Positions 19,606 to 29,755 of a DNA stretch of 64,000 nucleotides are shown here, piece by piece. The position numbers and the translations under genes were made by a program. The notes beneath the pieces were generated by a model. The model had not been told where the DNA came from and searched no databases. It saw nothing but the letters and a program-made list of their open reading frames with translations. This DNA is from Bdellovibrionota bacterium FG-1 (GTDB lineage: Bacteria; Bdellovibrionota; UBA1018), in contig JBBCAW010000012.1 in NCBI GenBank assembly GCA_051382295.1, positions 32,001 through 96,000 on the forward strand, written 5' to 3'. Position 1 is the stretch's first letter, and each line of letters starts with the position of its first letter.

Positions 19606-20655
19606 ATGTCAGCTGACGCAATTCTCAGCTTAGGTGAGTTTCTCCGGCAAGAGCGTGAAAAACGCGGAATTACTATTGAGCAAGTGGCCTCAGCCACTAA
19701 GGTAGGCATCAAAACCTTGCATGCCCTGGAGGGGGATCATTACGCGGATTTGCCTGCTAAGCCTTTTATACGAGGTTTTGTAAAATCTTATGCCCGCTTT
19801 ATCGGCGTGGACGCTGAAGAAGTCCTGACCCGTTTCGGGGATTTTCTTGATCTCAAGGCGCATGATCGACCTAATCGCGAATCCGGCCATAGCGGTTATG
19901 CTTTTGAGAAGCGCGAAGGCGATCAAAGTCGTACCTTGCTTTGGATCGTCATGGGAGCGTTTGTCGTTGCTGGGGGGGTGGCTGCGATCTTTATTAAAAA
20001 GCCGCTCGGTGGGCGTCATCATGGTTCTCATGCGGAGAAGTTGAGGGCGGCCTATGGGGTAGCCCCTAGTCCTGGTGTTTCGGTAAGTCCTACTCCAACA
20101 CTCAGTGTGGCGGCCATTGTGACAGTGCCTACACCGACGCCCAGTGTTGTTTTGGCGGTGATTTCGAGTCCAAGCCCAAATCCGAGCTCCACTGAAGTTG
20201 ACAATGAAGCTGTGAATGAAGCAATCGAGGAGGCTTCGCCGGATGATCCGCTGAATTCGGGCATTAAGTTGAAGTCTTCGGAGATTCACCAGCGAGTAGT
20301 GTTTAGAGCCTTGGATAGTGTTTGGGTGAGGTATCAGTGCGATCATCGTCCGGTTACCCAGTTTATCATTCGTTCTGGCAATGCTTTGGTTTTACGGGCT
20401 CGCGAGGGGATTCGATTTCAGGTTTCAGCGCCCAAATCGATTACGTTCAGTTACAAAGGCAGTTCCTTTAAGCCGATGTTAGGTGATCAAAATCTCACTA
20501 CGCGTCAAGGCGATGCGACACTCTTTTTTCCGTTTGAACTAGCTGATTCTATTAAGGAACCTTTTCCAACCTGGCGGCCAATAGCTGGGCGCGTCATACC
20601 TTCCCCTCGTCCGTCTCCATCCCCCTCTGTTTCTTTACCCCCAGTAAGCCCATAA
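19606..20655 (+). CDS. rodZ: RodZ-like HTH membrane protein
   Basis: N-terminal LGEFLRQEREKRGIT...LPAKPFIRGFVKSYARFIG HTH, single TM, Pro/Ser linker, C-terminal beta domain. Confidence 0.8.
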   Translation: MSADAILSLGEFLRQEREKRGITIEQVASATKVGIKTLHALEGDHYADLPAKPFIRGFVKSYARFIGVDAEEVLTRFGDFLDLKAHDRPNRESGHSGYAFEKREGDQSRTLLWIVMGAFVVAGGVAAIFIKKPLGGRHHGSHAEKLRAAYGVAPSPGVSVSPTPTLSVAAIVTVPTPTPSVVLAVISSPSPNPSSTEVDNEAVNEAIEEASPDDPLNSGIKLKSSEIHQRVVFRALDSVWVRYQCDHRPVTQFIIRSGNALVLRAREGIRFQVSAPKSITFSYKGSSFKPMLGDQNLTTRQGDATLFFPFELADSIKEPFPTWRPIAGRVIPSPRPSPSPSVSLPPVSP

Positions 20656-20656
20656 G

Positions 20657-20764
20657 TTATCCACACGGAAACAGGAGTTATCCACAGCTGTTAAGTTATT
20701 GTTTTTGTTAAATATTTTTCCTTATATCCCCATTTTTGATGCATCGGTTAGAAAGTTATCCCCA
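20657..20764 (+). promoter_or_regulatory. DnaA-box cluster with AT-rich tract and IHF-like site
   Basis: Perfect TTATCCACA at 20657-20665 and 20678-20686; TTATCCCCA at 20756-20764; ATATCCCCA at 20724-20732; minus-strand AAACAATAACTTA at 20692-20704. Confidence 0.7.
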
Positions 20765-20891
20765 AAAGCCCGCCCAGAGCGGTTTGAGTGATTTTATTCA
20801 TGACACTGTCATAAAATTGTCAGAATAGGAGCGGGGTTTAACGATGGCTTCATCGATATGTATTTAAAAATAAGGACGAGCGTTACTGCTC

Positions 20892-22013
20892 TCACCAGGC
20901 CGCACGCCTAAAACTGACCACTGCGCCGGCCAGCATCAAAAGATTCGGGATTTCCATGGCAAACCACGGCGGAAGCCAGCCCCTTTGCATCCAAACGCTC
21001 GCTACAGTCTGTGAACCCCAGTAGCAGACAAAAACCGTAAAAGCGGTCAGGGCAGCGCCGGCGCGGACTGCGCGCGTACGAACGGTTCCAAACCCAATGC
21101 CTAGAAAGACAAAAAGAAGCGGAGCCAGGGCTGCTGCGTATCGACGCCAATACTCGCCACGCGATTCGCGACCGTCAAAGTTTTCGAGTTTTGTATTTGA
21201 GATCCACTTGAGAAGTTCCGCGTGCGAATACATGTGCGGCTTCATCGAGGTGTTTCCGGCACCTTCGTCAATTTTGAGATAAAGATTATATTCTCCGAAA
21301 TCAATCTTTTGATAGGTGCTCTCTTTTTGATTATTTTGATGAATACTGCCGTCATAAAGTTTGAGCATGACGGCATTGGCGAGGTCAGATTCGGTTTTAA
21401 CCTGAACGATTTCACCCCATTGTGCAACCACGGTGAGCGGGTTTTTGGGTTCCCGTTCGTCAAAAATAAAGACCCGTTCCAGACGATTACTTTTGGCATC
21501 CACTTTGTCGGCAAAAATTAAAAGGTCAAAAAATCCAGAGTTGAAAGTTCCTTGTTTGATGGACGAAACCACTTTTGTGTTGCTGACTCGAATCAGCGTA
21601 TCCTTAAACGCGCGTTCTCCCCAGGGAACCCATTCTTGGTTAAGGGCGATCGACCCCATTGAAACCAAAATCGCGAGAAAAAGAGGAGGGCCCGCTAGGC
21701 GGTATAAGCTAAAGCCGCTGGCCTTCATCGCCACTAATTCGCTATCCGCTGAAAGTCGCCCAAAGCCGATCAGTACGGCGATTAAAAAAGCCACTGGCAA
21801 AGCATTGGGAATAAACGAAAGCGCCATGAGTCCGGCCATTTTACCCAGGAGCGGGAGGGAGACGCCGTGAATAATAAAAAAATCGGCGAGTCGTAAAGCC
21901 TGGAACATCATGAATACGAAGATAAAGAAGATCGTGCCTCCCAAAAAGGGAGCGGCGACCTCGGTCAAGACGTAGCGATCAATGCGACTGGTGAAGATTC
22001 TTTTTTTTGGCAT
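20892..22013 (-). CDS. LptF/LptG LPS export permease
   Basis: IDRYVLTE, GRLSADSELVAMKASGFS, three N- and three C-terminal TMs around a periplasmic domain. Confidence 0.9.
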   Translation of the reverse strand: MPKKRIFTSRIDRYVLTEVAAPFLGGTIFFIFVFMMFQALRLADFFIIHGVSLPLLGKMAGLMALSFIPNALPVAFLIAVLIGFGRLSADSELVAMKASGFSLYRLAGPPLFLAILVSMGSIALNQEWVPWGERAFKDTLIRVSNTKVVSSIKQGTFNSGFFDLLIFADKVDAKSNRLERVFIFDEREPKNPLTVVAQWGEIVQVKTESDLANAVMLKLYDGSIHQNNQKESTYQKIDFGEYNLYLKIDEGAGNTSMKPHMYSHAELLKWISNTKLENFDGRESRGEYWRRYAAALAPLLFVFLGIGFGTVRTRAVRAGAALTAFTVFVCYWGSQTVASVWMQRGWLPPWFAMEIPNLLMLAGAVVSFRRAAW

Positions 22014-22015
22014 GG

Positions 22016-23416
22016 TTAATAGGCGTTCTTGTTAATGAAGCCTTTCCAAAGGGTCAGAAACATGATTTTCCAGTCTAACGAGTAGGACCAGTTTCGAATA
22101 TAATAGAGGTCGCACTCGATGCGTCGGTCTAAAGACGTATTACCACGCCAGCCGTTGATCTGGGCCCAGCCTGTGAGGCCGGCTTTGACTTTGTGACGCA
22201 ACATGTAGCCCGGAATGTCCTTGCGAAACTGCTGCACAAAGATGGGGCGTTCGGGGCGGGGACCTACGAGCGACATTTCTCCGATCAGGATATTCCAGAG
22301 TTGAGGAAGTTCGTCTAAGCTCGTCGAACGCAGGAAGGTCCCGATTGGGGTGCGGCGGTCATCACCGGATTTTGCCCAGACCGCGCCAGAGTGGGTTTCG
22401 GCATGGGTGCCCATCGAGCGAAATTTCAGAATGTTGAAAGTGCGGCCGTCCATTCCCATGCGTTCCTGACGGTAGAGAACGGGCCCTCGCGATGTAATCT
22501 TGATTGCTAAGGCAATGAGAAGCAGGAGGGGGGAGAGCAGGATGAGAGCGACCGCCGCGAGAAATAGGTCGGTGGCTCGCTTGGCATAGGCGCCCCAGCC
22601 ATCCAAGGGAGAGTCGTTGAGGTTGACGATGGGTAAGCCGTCAAAGTCTTCAATCTCGCAACCCAGGGTGACGTACTCATGAATATCCGGAACTAAGAGA
22701 AGGTCGATCGTTTCATCTTTGAGCGCGACCAAAACACGATCCAGTTCGTCGGCCTGCCGACGCGGGAGCGAAATCAACACTTGGTCGACTTGCATTTTTC
22801 GAACAAGGTCTCGGAGTTCGTTCAGGTGGCCGAGCACGGGTTTGCCCGCAACTGTTTTGGCCTCGGATTGCTCATGGACCACAACCCCGATGACGCGGAG
22901 GCCGAGTTCTGGAAATTTATCCAATCGATAGACGAGGGTGTCGACGGCGCTTCCTTCGCCCACAATCAGTACATGACGGAGATTGTAGCCGCTCCGCCTG
23001 AGATATCGCAGGGAATTGCGAAGCGCCAATCGAAAACACACGAGAGAGATGGCCCCTAGAATTCCAAAATAGATCATCACGCCGCGGGAGTACTTGTACT
23101 CACTAAAAAGATAGGTGAGCGCGATAAACAAAAGCATCGCCGCAAAGTGGGCTTTCAGGAGAAGATGGGCCTCATGAGTGCGTCGGAGCATTCGCTTGGA
23201 TTGGTAAACTCGCATGAAGGAAAAGACCCACGCCCAGAGTAACATCACCAAAGGCGTGAGTGCCGCGTAGGTGCTGAATCCAGGGAAGCCCTTGGTGACC
23301 TCAATGAGGGGAAGTGAGAATCTGAGCCAATAGGAAAGGATCCAAGCTGCGCCAATGACGCAGATGTCTACCATTCGGAAGATGCCGCCGACGATGTGGT
23401 GATAGCGCTTCAACAT
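22016..23416 (-). CDS. Undecaprenyl-phosphate glucose phosphotransferase (WcaJ-like)
   Basis: KFRSM, SLDELPQLWNILIGEMSLVGPRPE, KAGLTGWAQINGWRG, DLYYIRNWS. Confidence 0.92.
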   Translation of the reverse strand: MLKRYHHIVGGIFRMVDICVIGAAWILSYWLRFSLPLIEVTKGFPGFSTYAALTPLVMLLWAWVFSFMRVYQSKRMLRRTHEAHLLLKAHFAAMLLFIALTYLFSEYKYSRGVMIYFGILGAISLVCFRLALRNSLRYLRRSGYNLRHVLIVGEGSAVDTLVYRLDKFPELGLRVIGVVVHEQSEAKTVAGKPVLGHLNELRDLVRKMQVDQVLISLPRRQADELDRVLVALKDETIDLLLVPDIHEYVTLGCEIEDFDGLPIVNLNDSPLDGWGAYAKRATDLFLAAVALILLSPLLLLIALAIKITSRGPVLYRQERMGMDGRTFNILKFRSMGTHAETHSGAVWAKSGDDRRTPIGTFLRSTSLDELPQLWNILIGEMSLVGPRPERPIFVQQFRKDIPGYMLRHKVKAGLTGWAQINGWRGNTSLDRRIECDLYYIRNWSYSLDWKIMFLTLWKGFINKNAY

Positions 23417-23466
23417 GTTTGAGGCCTATGTTATCGAGAAGTGATTCATTTTATAAGGAAAACTTC

Positions 23467-25041
23467 ATGGCAATTCAGGCAAAACACGTCAAGACCCTGG
23501 TTTTTGAGGTTCGATCAGCGTCGGATGGGGCCCGTGGTGCTGCCCGTGGTGCACCACGTACAATAGACACCGATGTGATCGTCGTTCTTCAGGATAACGC
23601 CAAGAAGGCGATCGTCCCACGAACCATTTATGCTCAAACCATTGAAAAGCTTCGAAAAACAGAGGTCTTCACGGCTCGATCCGGATCTGTGCAGTGGGTC
23701 AGGCTAGGAGGCAAGGCGCAGGCAGACAACGTCCTATTCGTAGGGCTAGGGAGCGCCACAGAACTCACGGAAGAACGAGTCCGGCAGGCTGGCGCGCAGG
23801 CTTGGGCAAAGCTTTTGGCTGAAAAGAGCAAGGGGGCTGCCATTTCGGTGGACGCTTTGCTGGGTATTCGAGGGATGAGTGCCCAGCTCACCGCTCCTCG
23901 GTTAATCAAGGCCTTTGCCGAAGGCTTTGCTTTGAGCGCCTATCAGTTTGATAAACATAAATCCTCAGACAAAAATCCAACCCCACCGGGGAGGATTCTC
24001 TTTGTGACGGGGAATCCGTCACTGAAGGCGCAAATCGAAAGAGAGCTCGAAGCTGTCCGTGCTATCGCTGCGGCGGTTCATGTGACCCGGGATTGGTCGA
24101 ACGAGCCTTCTAATTTTGGAACTCCGGAGTATTTTGCCGATGAAGCCAAAAAATTAGCTCGTCAATATGGGCTGAAGTGCACGATTTTGGGCGAGCGAGA
24201 AGCTAAGCGTCAAAAAATGGGGTTATTTTTGGGAGTGGGGCAAGGGGCGGAGCGAGAGTCAAAAATCGTGATTCTTGAGTATCAACCTTCGAAGGCGGTC
24301 AATGCCAGGGGCGCGAAAACCATCGCTTTTGTAGGCAAGGGTGTGACTTTTGATAGCGGCGGGATTTCCATCAAGCCTTCGGCACGCATGGAAGAAATGA
24401 AGCATGATATGACGGGCGCGGCTACTGTCATGGGCGCCACCCTCCTTGCGGCTGCCCTGAAAGTTCGCAATCGAATTGTGACAGTCATGGCCTTCACTGA
24501 AAACATGCCCGATGGAAAAGCCATTCAACCGGGCAATGTTTTGACTTCACGTTCCGGAAAAACGGTTGAAATTATTAACACGGATGCCGAGGGGCGTTTG
24601 GTTTTGGCCGATGTTCTAGATTTTGTCCAAGATTTTAAGCCGGATGTGGTGATCGACGCGGCTACTTTGACGGGTGCAGTGGGTATAGCGTTGGGTAAGC
24701 AATGTTGCGCGGTGCTTGGCAATGATGATGCGTTGATTGATTCGGTTCGACGAGCAGGGGATGCCTGTGGCGAAAAACTTTGGCAATTGCCGCTTTTTGA
24801 CGAGTATTTTGAAGACATGAAGTCCGATACCGCAGACATGAAAAACTCTTGTAATGACGCTTACGGGGGGGTGATTCGAGGTGCGATTTTCTTGAAGCAG
24901 TTTATCAAAAAAGGACTGCCTTGGGCACATCTGGATATTGCCGCGATGGCGGCCAATGTCCCTCATTTTCCCTATTTTCCTCGTCGAGGCGCGACCGGCG
25001 CTTATGTGCGCACGCTGGCTCAATTTGCGGCCGATTTTTAG
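23467..25041 (+). CDS. pepA: Leucyl aminopeptidase (M17)
   Basis: GKGVTFDSGGISIKP, MKHDMTGAA, NTDAEGRL, DAATLTGA, WAHLDIA. Confidence 0.95.
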   Translation: MAIQAKHVKTLVFEVRSASDGARGAARGAPRTIDTDVIVVLQDNAKKAIVPRTIYAQTIEKLRKTEVFTARSGSVQWVRLGGKAQADNVLFVGLGSATELTEERVRQAGAQAWAKLLAEKSKGAAISVDALLGIRGMSAQLTAPRLIKAFAEGFALSAYQFDKHKSSDKNPTPPGRILFVTGNPSLKAQIERELEAVRAIAAAVHVTRDWSNEPSNFGTPEYFADEAKKLARQYGLKCTILGEREAKRQKMGLFLGVGQGAERESKIVILEYQPSKAVNARGAKTIAFVGKGVTFDSGGISIKPSARMEEMKHDMTGAATVMGATLLAAALKVRNRIVTVMAFTENMPDGKAIQPGNVLTSRSGKTVEIINTDAEGRLVLADVLDFVQDFKPDVVIDAATLTGAVGIALGKQCCAVLGNDDALIDSVRRAGDACGEKLWQLPLFDEYFEDMKSDTADMKNSCNDAYGGVIRGAIFLKQFIKKGLPWAHLDIAAMAANVPHFPYFPRRGATGAYVRTLAQFAADF

Positions 25042-25648
25042 TGGGTTGATCTGGTTCGGGTGTTGCGGAGGGTTGGCGTGGGGGGATGAGCCTCCTCGTT
25101 TTTTTGTGGGAGGTGGAGTTTTAGCCCATAACTTGGGTCAGTACTCAACCCAGCCGAGTGGGATGACCTCCTTGGTTTCCTCTGTCTTTCCTGAGCTTGT
25201 GCTTTCAGCTTGGCTGCCTGTGGATGAGGGCCCGTGGAGTCTGTCGCCTTTTTTGGCGCTCACGCCCGGGATTCCATTCACTGGCGCGACTGTTTTTGCG
25301 CATACTACCGCTGACGGAGGCGAAAAAACGCAGCTCTTGCGATTGGCGGTTCGGGCTCAAAGGGATCTAGGCCTTGAACCCTGGAGCGTGGGGCTTTTTG
25401 GTGGGTTAGGCGTGTTGGCTTGGACGATCCGAGGAATGGGGGGCACGATTGAACTCAATAATGGTAATTCGAAGAGTATTTTCGGTCTGCCCTCCGAGAC
25501 TTCCACTTCACGTGTTTTTTACGGTGAGCTGGGAGTAGGGGTGCAACGGTGGCGTTTCAGGTGGGAGAGCTCAATTTTGATGACGGGGGCCTTGTCCCCC
25601 CGACGAGCGGTGAGCGTTACAACGCAGCTCAGTTTTGGGGTGTTTTGA
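25004..25648 (+). CDS. Hypothetical outer-membrane beta-barrel-like protein
   Basis: Alternating beta-strand pattern and C-terminal Phe; start uncertain. Confidence 0.5.
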   Translation: MCARWLNLRPIFSGLIWFGCCGGLAWGDEPPRFFVGGGVLAHNLGQYSTQPSGMTSLVSSVFPELVLSAWLPVDEGPWSLSPFLALTPGIPFTGATVFAHTTADGGEKTQLLRLAVRAQRDLGLEPWSVGLFGGLGVLAWTIRGMGGTIELNNGNSKSIFGLPSETSTSRVFYGELGVGVQRWRFRWESSILMTGALSPRRAVSVTTQLSFGVF

Positions 25649-26497
25649 ATGCGAAGACGACTGTTTTTGGCATGGTTTAGCACGTTTTTGATTTCTATTT
25701 GGGGGAGCGTGGGTGCCTTCGCTTTTACGATTCAAGTCGAGGACGGAACCTCCGCTCAGATTTTGGCTTGGGTGTCTCCTGAGATCACGGTCGATGTTAA
25801 TTCCAAGGATTGTGTTGCCGCGGGCGTGTCTGCCGAAACGCTGAATGCCGCGATTGATCGGGGTTTTGCGGTCTGGAATTCCTCTCCGGCATCGGCGCTC
25901 AAACTCATTCGAGGGGGTGAGGTGACAAAAACTTCGGATGAGATCACCAGCCAGGCTTCGCAGGGCAATCCTTTGATTCTTTGTGATGCCAATATGGGCA
26001 AGGATCTGGGTTACGAGAGTTCTGAGACCAGTAATATTCCAGCGGTGACGAGAATTCTTCGGCTGGATTCTCAGCGGCACATTGCATTGGCCGCGATGTA
26101 TATCAATGCCGATACCGCTCAGGCTGCCAACGTCAAGCGAGTGAATGAATTTCCGGACCTTTTGGCTTTGATCATCGCGCATGAGGTGGGCCATGTTTTT
26201 GGGCTGGGGCATTCGGTCGATCCCAATACCCTGATGTATTACGATGCTACGGCTAAAAAACAACTTTCGCTCGGGCAGGATGATATCGAGGGGGTGACCT
26301 ACCTCTATCCCCGCCATGAAATCGGCAACTCGCTTCCTTTGGGGTGCGGGACGATCACGCAGTCGGGCCCTCGATCGAGGGGGGGCAAGGGAGGGGCAGG
26401 GAGCACTGGTATTGTAATGGAGTGGTTTACGCTGCTGTGCGTGGTTCTTGTTTTCGACCGGTACTCCGCATATAAGTTTTCGAGGAGAACTTCCTGA
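25649..26497 (+). CDS. Secreted matrixin-family (M10) zinc metalloprotease
   Basis: Signal peptide, [12 protein letters not shown], Met-turn (TLMYY), C-terminal GCG plus TM tail. Confidence 0.85.
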   Translation: MRRRLFLAWFSTFLISIWGSVGAFAFTIQVEDGTSAQILAWVSPEITVDVNSKDCVAAGVSAETLNAAIDRGFAVWNSSPASALKLIRGGEVTKTSDEITSQASQGNPLILCDANMGKDLGYESSETSNIPAVTRILRLDSQRHIALAAMYINADTAQAANVKRVNEFPDLLALIIAHEVGHVFGLGHSVDPNTLMYYDATAKKQLSLGQDDIEGVTYLYPRHEIGNSLPLGCGTITQSGPRSRGGKGGAGSTGIVMEWFTLLCVVLVFDRYSAYKFSRRTS

Positions 26498-27813
26498 TGA
26501 CCCCTGATCGCTTTTATATCGAAAATGCCTCTCAACATGTCGGCCAGACTGTCACCGTGCGCGGTTGGGTCTATAACAAACGAAGTTCAGGCAAAATTAA
26601 GTTTTTGATTTTACGAGATGGAACAGGCCTGATTCAGGGCGTTCTCTTTAAGGGGGAATGCACCGATGAGGCCTTTGATCAGTTTGAGCAGGTGACTCAA
26701 GAGTCATCGGTGGAAGTGGTGGGGCAATTGCGCGCCAATCCCCGCGGTGGTTTTGAATTAGGGGTGAAGTCTTTTAAAGTTTTTCAGAAGGCCGAAGCTT
26801 ATCCCATTTCTCTTAAAGACCATGGAGTCGAATTTTTGATGGAGAAACGGCATCTCTGGATTCGGAGTCAGCGCCAGTGGGCGGCTCTACGCGTCCGTCA
26901 TGAGATCATGCGTTCGATTAACGAGTTTTTCGATAAGCAGGGCTTTATTCGTTTTGATGCGCCGATTTTGACCCCCAGTGCTTGCGAAGGGACATCGACG
27001 TTATTTGGTACAAACTATTTTGACGAAAAGGCGTTTCTTACGCAGTCCGGCCAGCTTTATGGCGAAGTCGGCGCGATGGCGTTCGGTAAAATCTATGTTT
27101 TCGGGCCTACTTTTCGGGCTGAAAAATCGAAAACGCGCAAGCATTTGACCGAGTTTTGGATGGTGGAGCCGGAGATGGCCTTTTACGACCTCGAAGACAA
27201 TATGGGGCTGGCCGAAAAATTCATGGAGCACATTGTGCAGTCCGTGCTCGCCAATCGGGCGCCCGAACTCAAAATTCTTGAACGCGATCTGAGTAAACTT
27301 GAAGTGATTCGAGGCCCCTTTCCACGTCTCAGCTATGACGAGGCTCTTAAAGTGCTCGAAAAGCGGGGGGTATCCATTCCTTGGGGCGAAGATTTTGGTG
27401 CACCTCATGAGACCGCTTTGGGCGAAGAATTTGGCAAGCCAGTGTTTGTTCATCACATGCCTTCGCAGATCAAGGCGTTCTACTTTAAGCAATCCGATAC
27501 GGTCGGGGGACCTGGCGTTACCGGAACGGGTAAGTATGCACTGGGTTGTGATTTGATTGCGCCGGATGGTTACGGTGAAATTATCGGGGGCGGTCAGCGC
27601 GAAGAAAGCGTTGAGGTGCTGCAGCGTCGTATTGCCGAACATGAGTTGAATGAAGCGGATTACAATTGGTACTTGGATCTGAGGCGGTTTGGGTCGGTTC
27701 CTCATTCCGGGTTTGGCTTGGGTGTGGAACGCACGGTTGCTTGGATGACGGGCGTTGAACATGTTCGTGAGACGATTCCGTTTCCACGCATGCTCAATAC
27801 GTTGCGACCGTAG
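26497..27813 (+). CDS. asnS: Asparagine--tRNA ligase
   Basis: [53 protein letters not shown]. Confidence 0.96.
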   Translation: MTPDRFYIENASQHVGQTVTVRGWVYNKRSSGKIKFLILRDGTGLIQGVLFKGECTDEAFDQFEQVTQESSVEVVGQLRANPRGGFELGVKSFKVFQKAEAYPISLKDHGVEFLMEKRHLWIRSQRQWAALRVRHEIMRSINEFFDKQGFIRFDAPILTPSACEGTSTLFGTNYFDEKAFLTQSGQLYGEVGAMAFGKIYVFGPTFRAEKSKTRKHLTEFWMVEPEMAFYDLEDNMGLAEKFMEHIVQSVLANRAPELKILERDLSKLEVIRGPFPRLSYDEALKVLEKRGVSIPWGEDFGAPHETALGEEFGKPVFVHHMPSQIKAFYFKQSDTVGGPGVTGTGKYALGCDLIAPDGYGEIIGGGQREESVEVLQRRIAEHELNEADYNWYLDLRRFGSVPHSGFGLGVERTVAWMTGVEHVRETIPFPRMLNTLRP

Positions 27814-27825
27814 GAATTTGATTCT

Positions 27826-28290
27826 GTGCCGCATGATTTAAAGGTTGTTTTAGTTAATCCACAAATTCCGCAAAATACGGGTTCGATCGGGCGTCTTTGT
27901 CTGGCGACGGGGACGACACTCCATCTGGTTCATCCGCTGGGGTTTGAAATTACTCATTCGAGACTTCGGCGTGCGGGCCTGGATTATTGGGAGCATCTCA
28001 AAGTCGTCGAGCACAAGAGTGTCGAAGAGTTTATCGCAGGTCTCGCGCCTGATGCACCTAAGGTCTTTTTTTCAAAAAAATCGGGTCATACTCTTTTTGC
28101 ACATGAATTTGAACCAGGGACTTATTTGATTTTTGGGCACGAAGTAACCGGATTGCCCGACTGGATCGTCAACCGTTATCCGATGGATACTGTGCGGATC
28201 CCGATGTACGACGCACGGGTGCGGTCGTTGAATCTCGCAAATTCGGCGAGTGTCGGGGTTTACGAGGCGATTCGGCAATTGGGGGCGTGA
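27826..28290 (+). CDS. trmL: tRNA (cytidine/uridine-34-2'-O)-methyltransferase
   Basis: PQIPQNTGSIGRLC, RRAGLDYW, RSLNLANS SPOUT motifs. Confidence 0.93.
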   Translation: MPHDLKVVLVNPQIPQNTGSIGRLCLATGTTLHLVHPLGFEITHSRLRRAGLDYWEHLKVVEHKSVEEFIAGLAPDAPKVFFSKKSGHTLFAHEFEPGTYLIFGHEVTGLPDWIVNRYPMDTVRIPMYDARVRSLNLANSASVGVYEAIRQLGA

Positions 28291-28321
28291 AAACCGTCCT
28301 AATAACCACAGGCGCTCAAGG

Positions 28322-29056
28322 TTACTGGGGGGTGGGTCTGACCCAGAGTTCTAGGTCGTCGATAGTTTCGAGTAGCTGAAAGTTGAATTTCTTCAGTAGA
28401 CTTCGAGTTTTATCAGCCTTTGAGGACTTCGGAAATAAATCATGAGTGAGCGTGATTCCGGCTACGTCTGCGTCACCACAGATACGGACGAGTAGCTCCG
28501 ATGCCAATCCTACATTTTCCTGGGAAACTGAAATGGATTCGATTCGGTACTCCTTTGCGCTGATTTGACTTAAATGAAGATGCCCGTCGGCTCGCTCGAC
28601 GTTATTATTCAATGTCTTCGTATAGCTCGCGTAGATAACGGGGGTAGTCCACGCTCCATGCAGGATATATTTTCGTTCTGGTTCTTGAGGTGGCTGATAT
28701 GTTTCAATCTCTCTACACTCAACCATTTTGCGGAAAACTTCGTAGCAGTCATCAGGCTTTCCAGTTCGGTGGAGTGAGTCTTCTGCGTTAATCCATACAA
28801 AGTGAACAACTGAATCTTGGGTAAGTGGGGCATCGATAACCTTGAAAAATAAACGATACTGTTGAAGAACGTCTACGGCTTTATAGTTTTCAGGCAGATT
28901 TTTGCTGAAGTCGCGCGAAATCGGATTCGCCATCACTTTGAGAATGGCATTCGTAGCGTTGTGCGAACGCTGTTGTTCCAGTTTCGTGCCTGATTCGAGA
29001 CGAATGAGTTCTGCTCGGAGTGAGGGGGCGAGACTACGCCGATATTGCCTTGGCAT
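28322..29056 (-). CDS. YhaV-like (RelE superfamily) toxin domain fused to a GNAT-like C-terminal domain
   Basis: QYRLFFK...HFVWINAEDSLHRTGKPDDCYEVFRKMV resembles YhaV (RYRLFFR...GWMNDENTLR.YG...DAY.VF.KML); C-terminal IESISVS..NVGLASELL...LLKKFNF resembles GNAT motifs. Confidence 0.6.
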   Translation of the reverse strand: MPRQYRRSLAPSLRAELIRLESGTKLEQQRSHNATNAILKVMANPISRDFSKNLPENYKAVDVLQQYRLFFKVIDAPLTQDSVVHFVWINAEDSLHRTGKPDDCYEVFRKMVECREIETYQPPQEPERKYILHGAWTTPVIYASYTKTLNNNVERADGHLHLSQISAKEYRIESISVSQENVGLASELLVRICGDADVAGITLTHDLFPKSSKADKTRSLLKKFNFQLLETIDDLELWVRPTPQ

Positions 29057-29450
29057 TGGAAATCGGTATCTCTTTCTCAGCGATTTTCTCTTGGTACTTT
29101 TTTAGGGAAAGTTCGGCGATGTGGGAAAGTGTTTCGATGGGATACTTGTCTTGCTGGAGTGCAGACACTACTGAATCCATACGATCTTGTAGGTCAGGAA
29201 AAACATGAGTTTGAATAATCGCATAGATCGCTTGTGGGCGGAGAATTCCAAGTTTTGAAACGACGACGTAATAAAGTCCAGTTAAGCGTTGGCGAGTGCG
29301 GGGGGTCAGTTCTTCGATGGATTTATTTTGATTTTTGGAGAGAGTGTGCGGTTCCAATCCCATGAGATTAGCGATCACTCGCTGAGGGCAATCAAGGGTT
29401 TCGCAGATGCTCTGAATGAGCTGTGACGCTGTAGCGGTTTGGTTCAGCAT
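29034..29450 (-). CDS. Putative antitoxin with Xre-like HTH
   Basis: LDCPQRVIANLMGLEPHTLSK HTH-like segment; overlaps the downstream toxin-like gene; GAGG SD. Confidence 0.55.
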   Translation of the reverse strand: MLNQTATASQLIQSICETLDCPQRVIANLMGLEPHTLSKNQNKSIEELTPRTRQRLTGLYYVVVSKLGILRPQAIYAIIQTHVFPDLQDRMDSVVSALQQDKYPIETLSHIAELSLKKYQEKIAEKEIPISNAKAISA

Positions 29451-29755
29451 GTGACCTCTTATATTTTAAAGATGCCACAAAGTTCATGCCACGTCAATAA
29501 ATATGAATAATTTATATAAATAGATCATATAACAGATTGAAATATGAACTTTATGCGTGATTTTTGGTCTTGAGTGGGTCGTTTTGGGACCCCGGCAAAG
29601 GGATTGATGATTTTTTGCCACTTTCTGAGTATTCAAAATACAAACTTAATAAAAATACACCAGTAATAACGTAGTGTTACGTATTTATTTGCAGATGCTG
29701 GCACAAAGTATACAATAATACTCAGGTATTAAGATTAAGAAATGAGTACTTTATT

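Noticed and set aside
27001..27834. Long antisense ORFs (also 25571-26317, 19690-20346, 51818-52399)
   Set aside because: Shadow frames of well-supported genes on the opposite strand, with no motifs.
29699..29716. Sigma54 promoter for the giant gene (TGGCAC...)
   Set aside because: The -12 position reads AC rather than the required GC.
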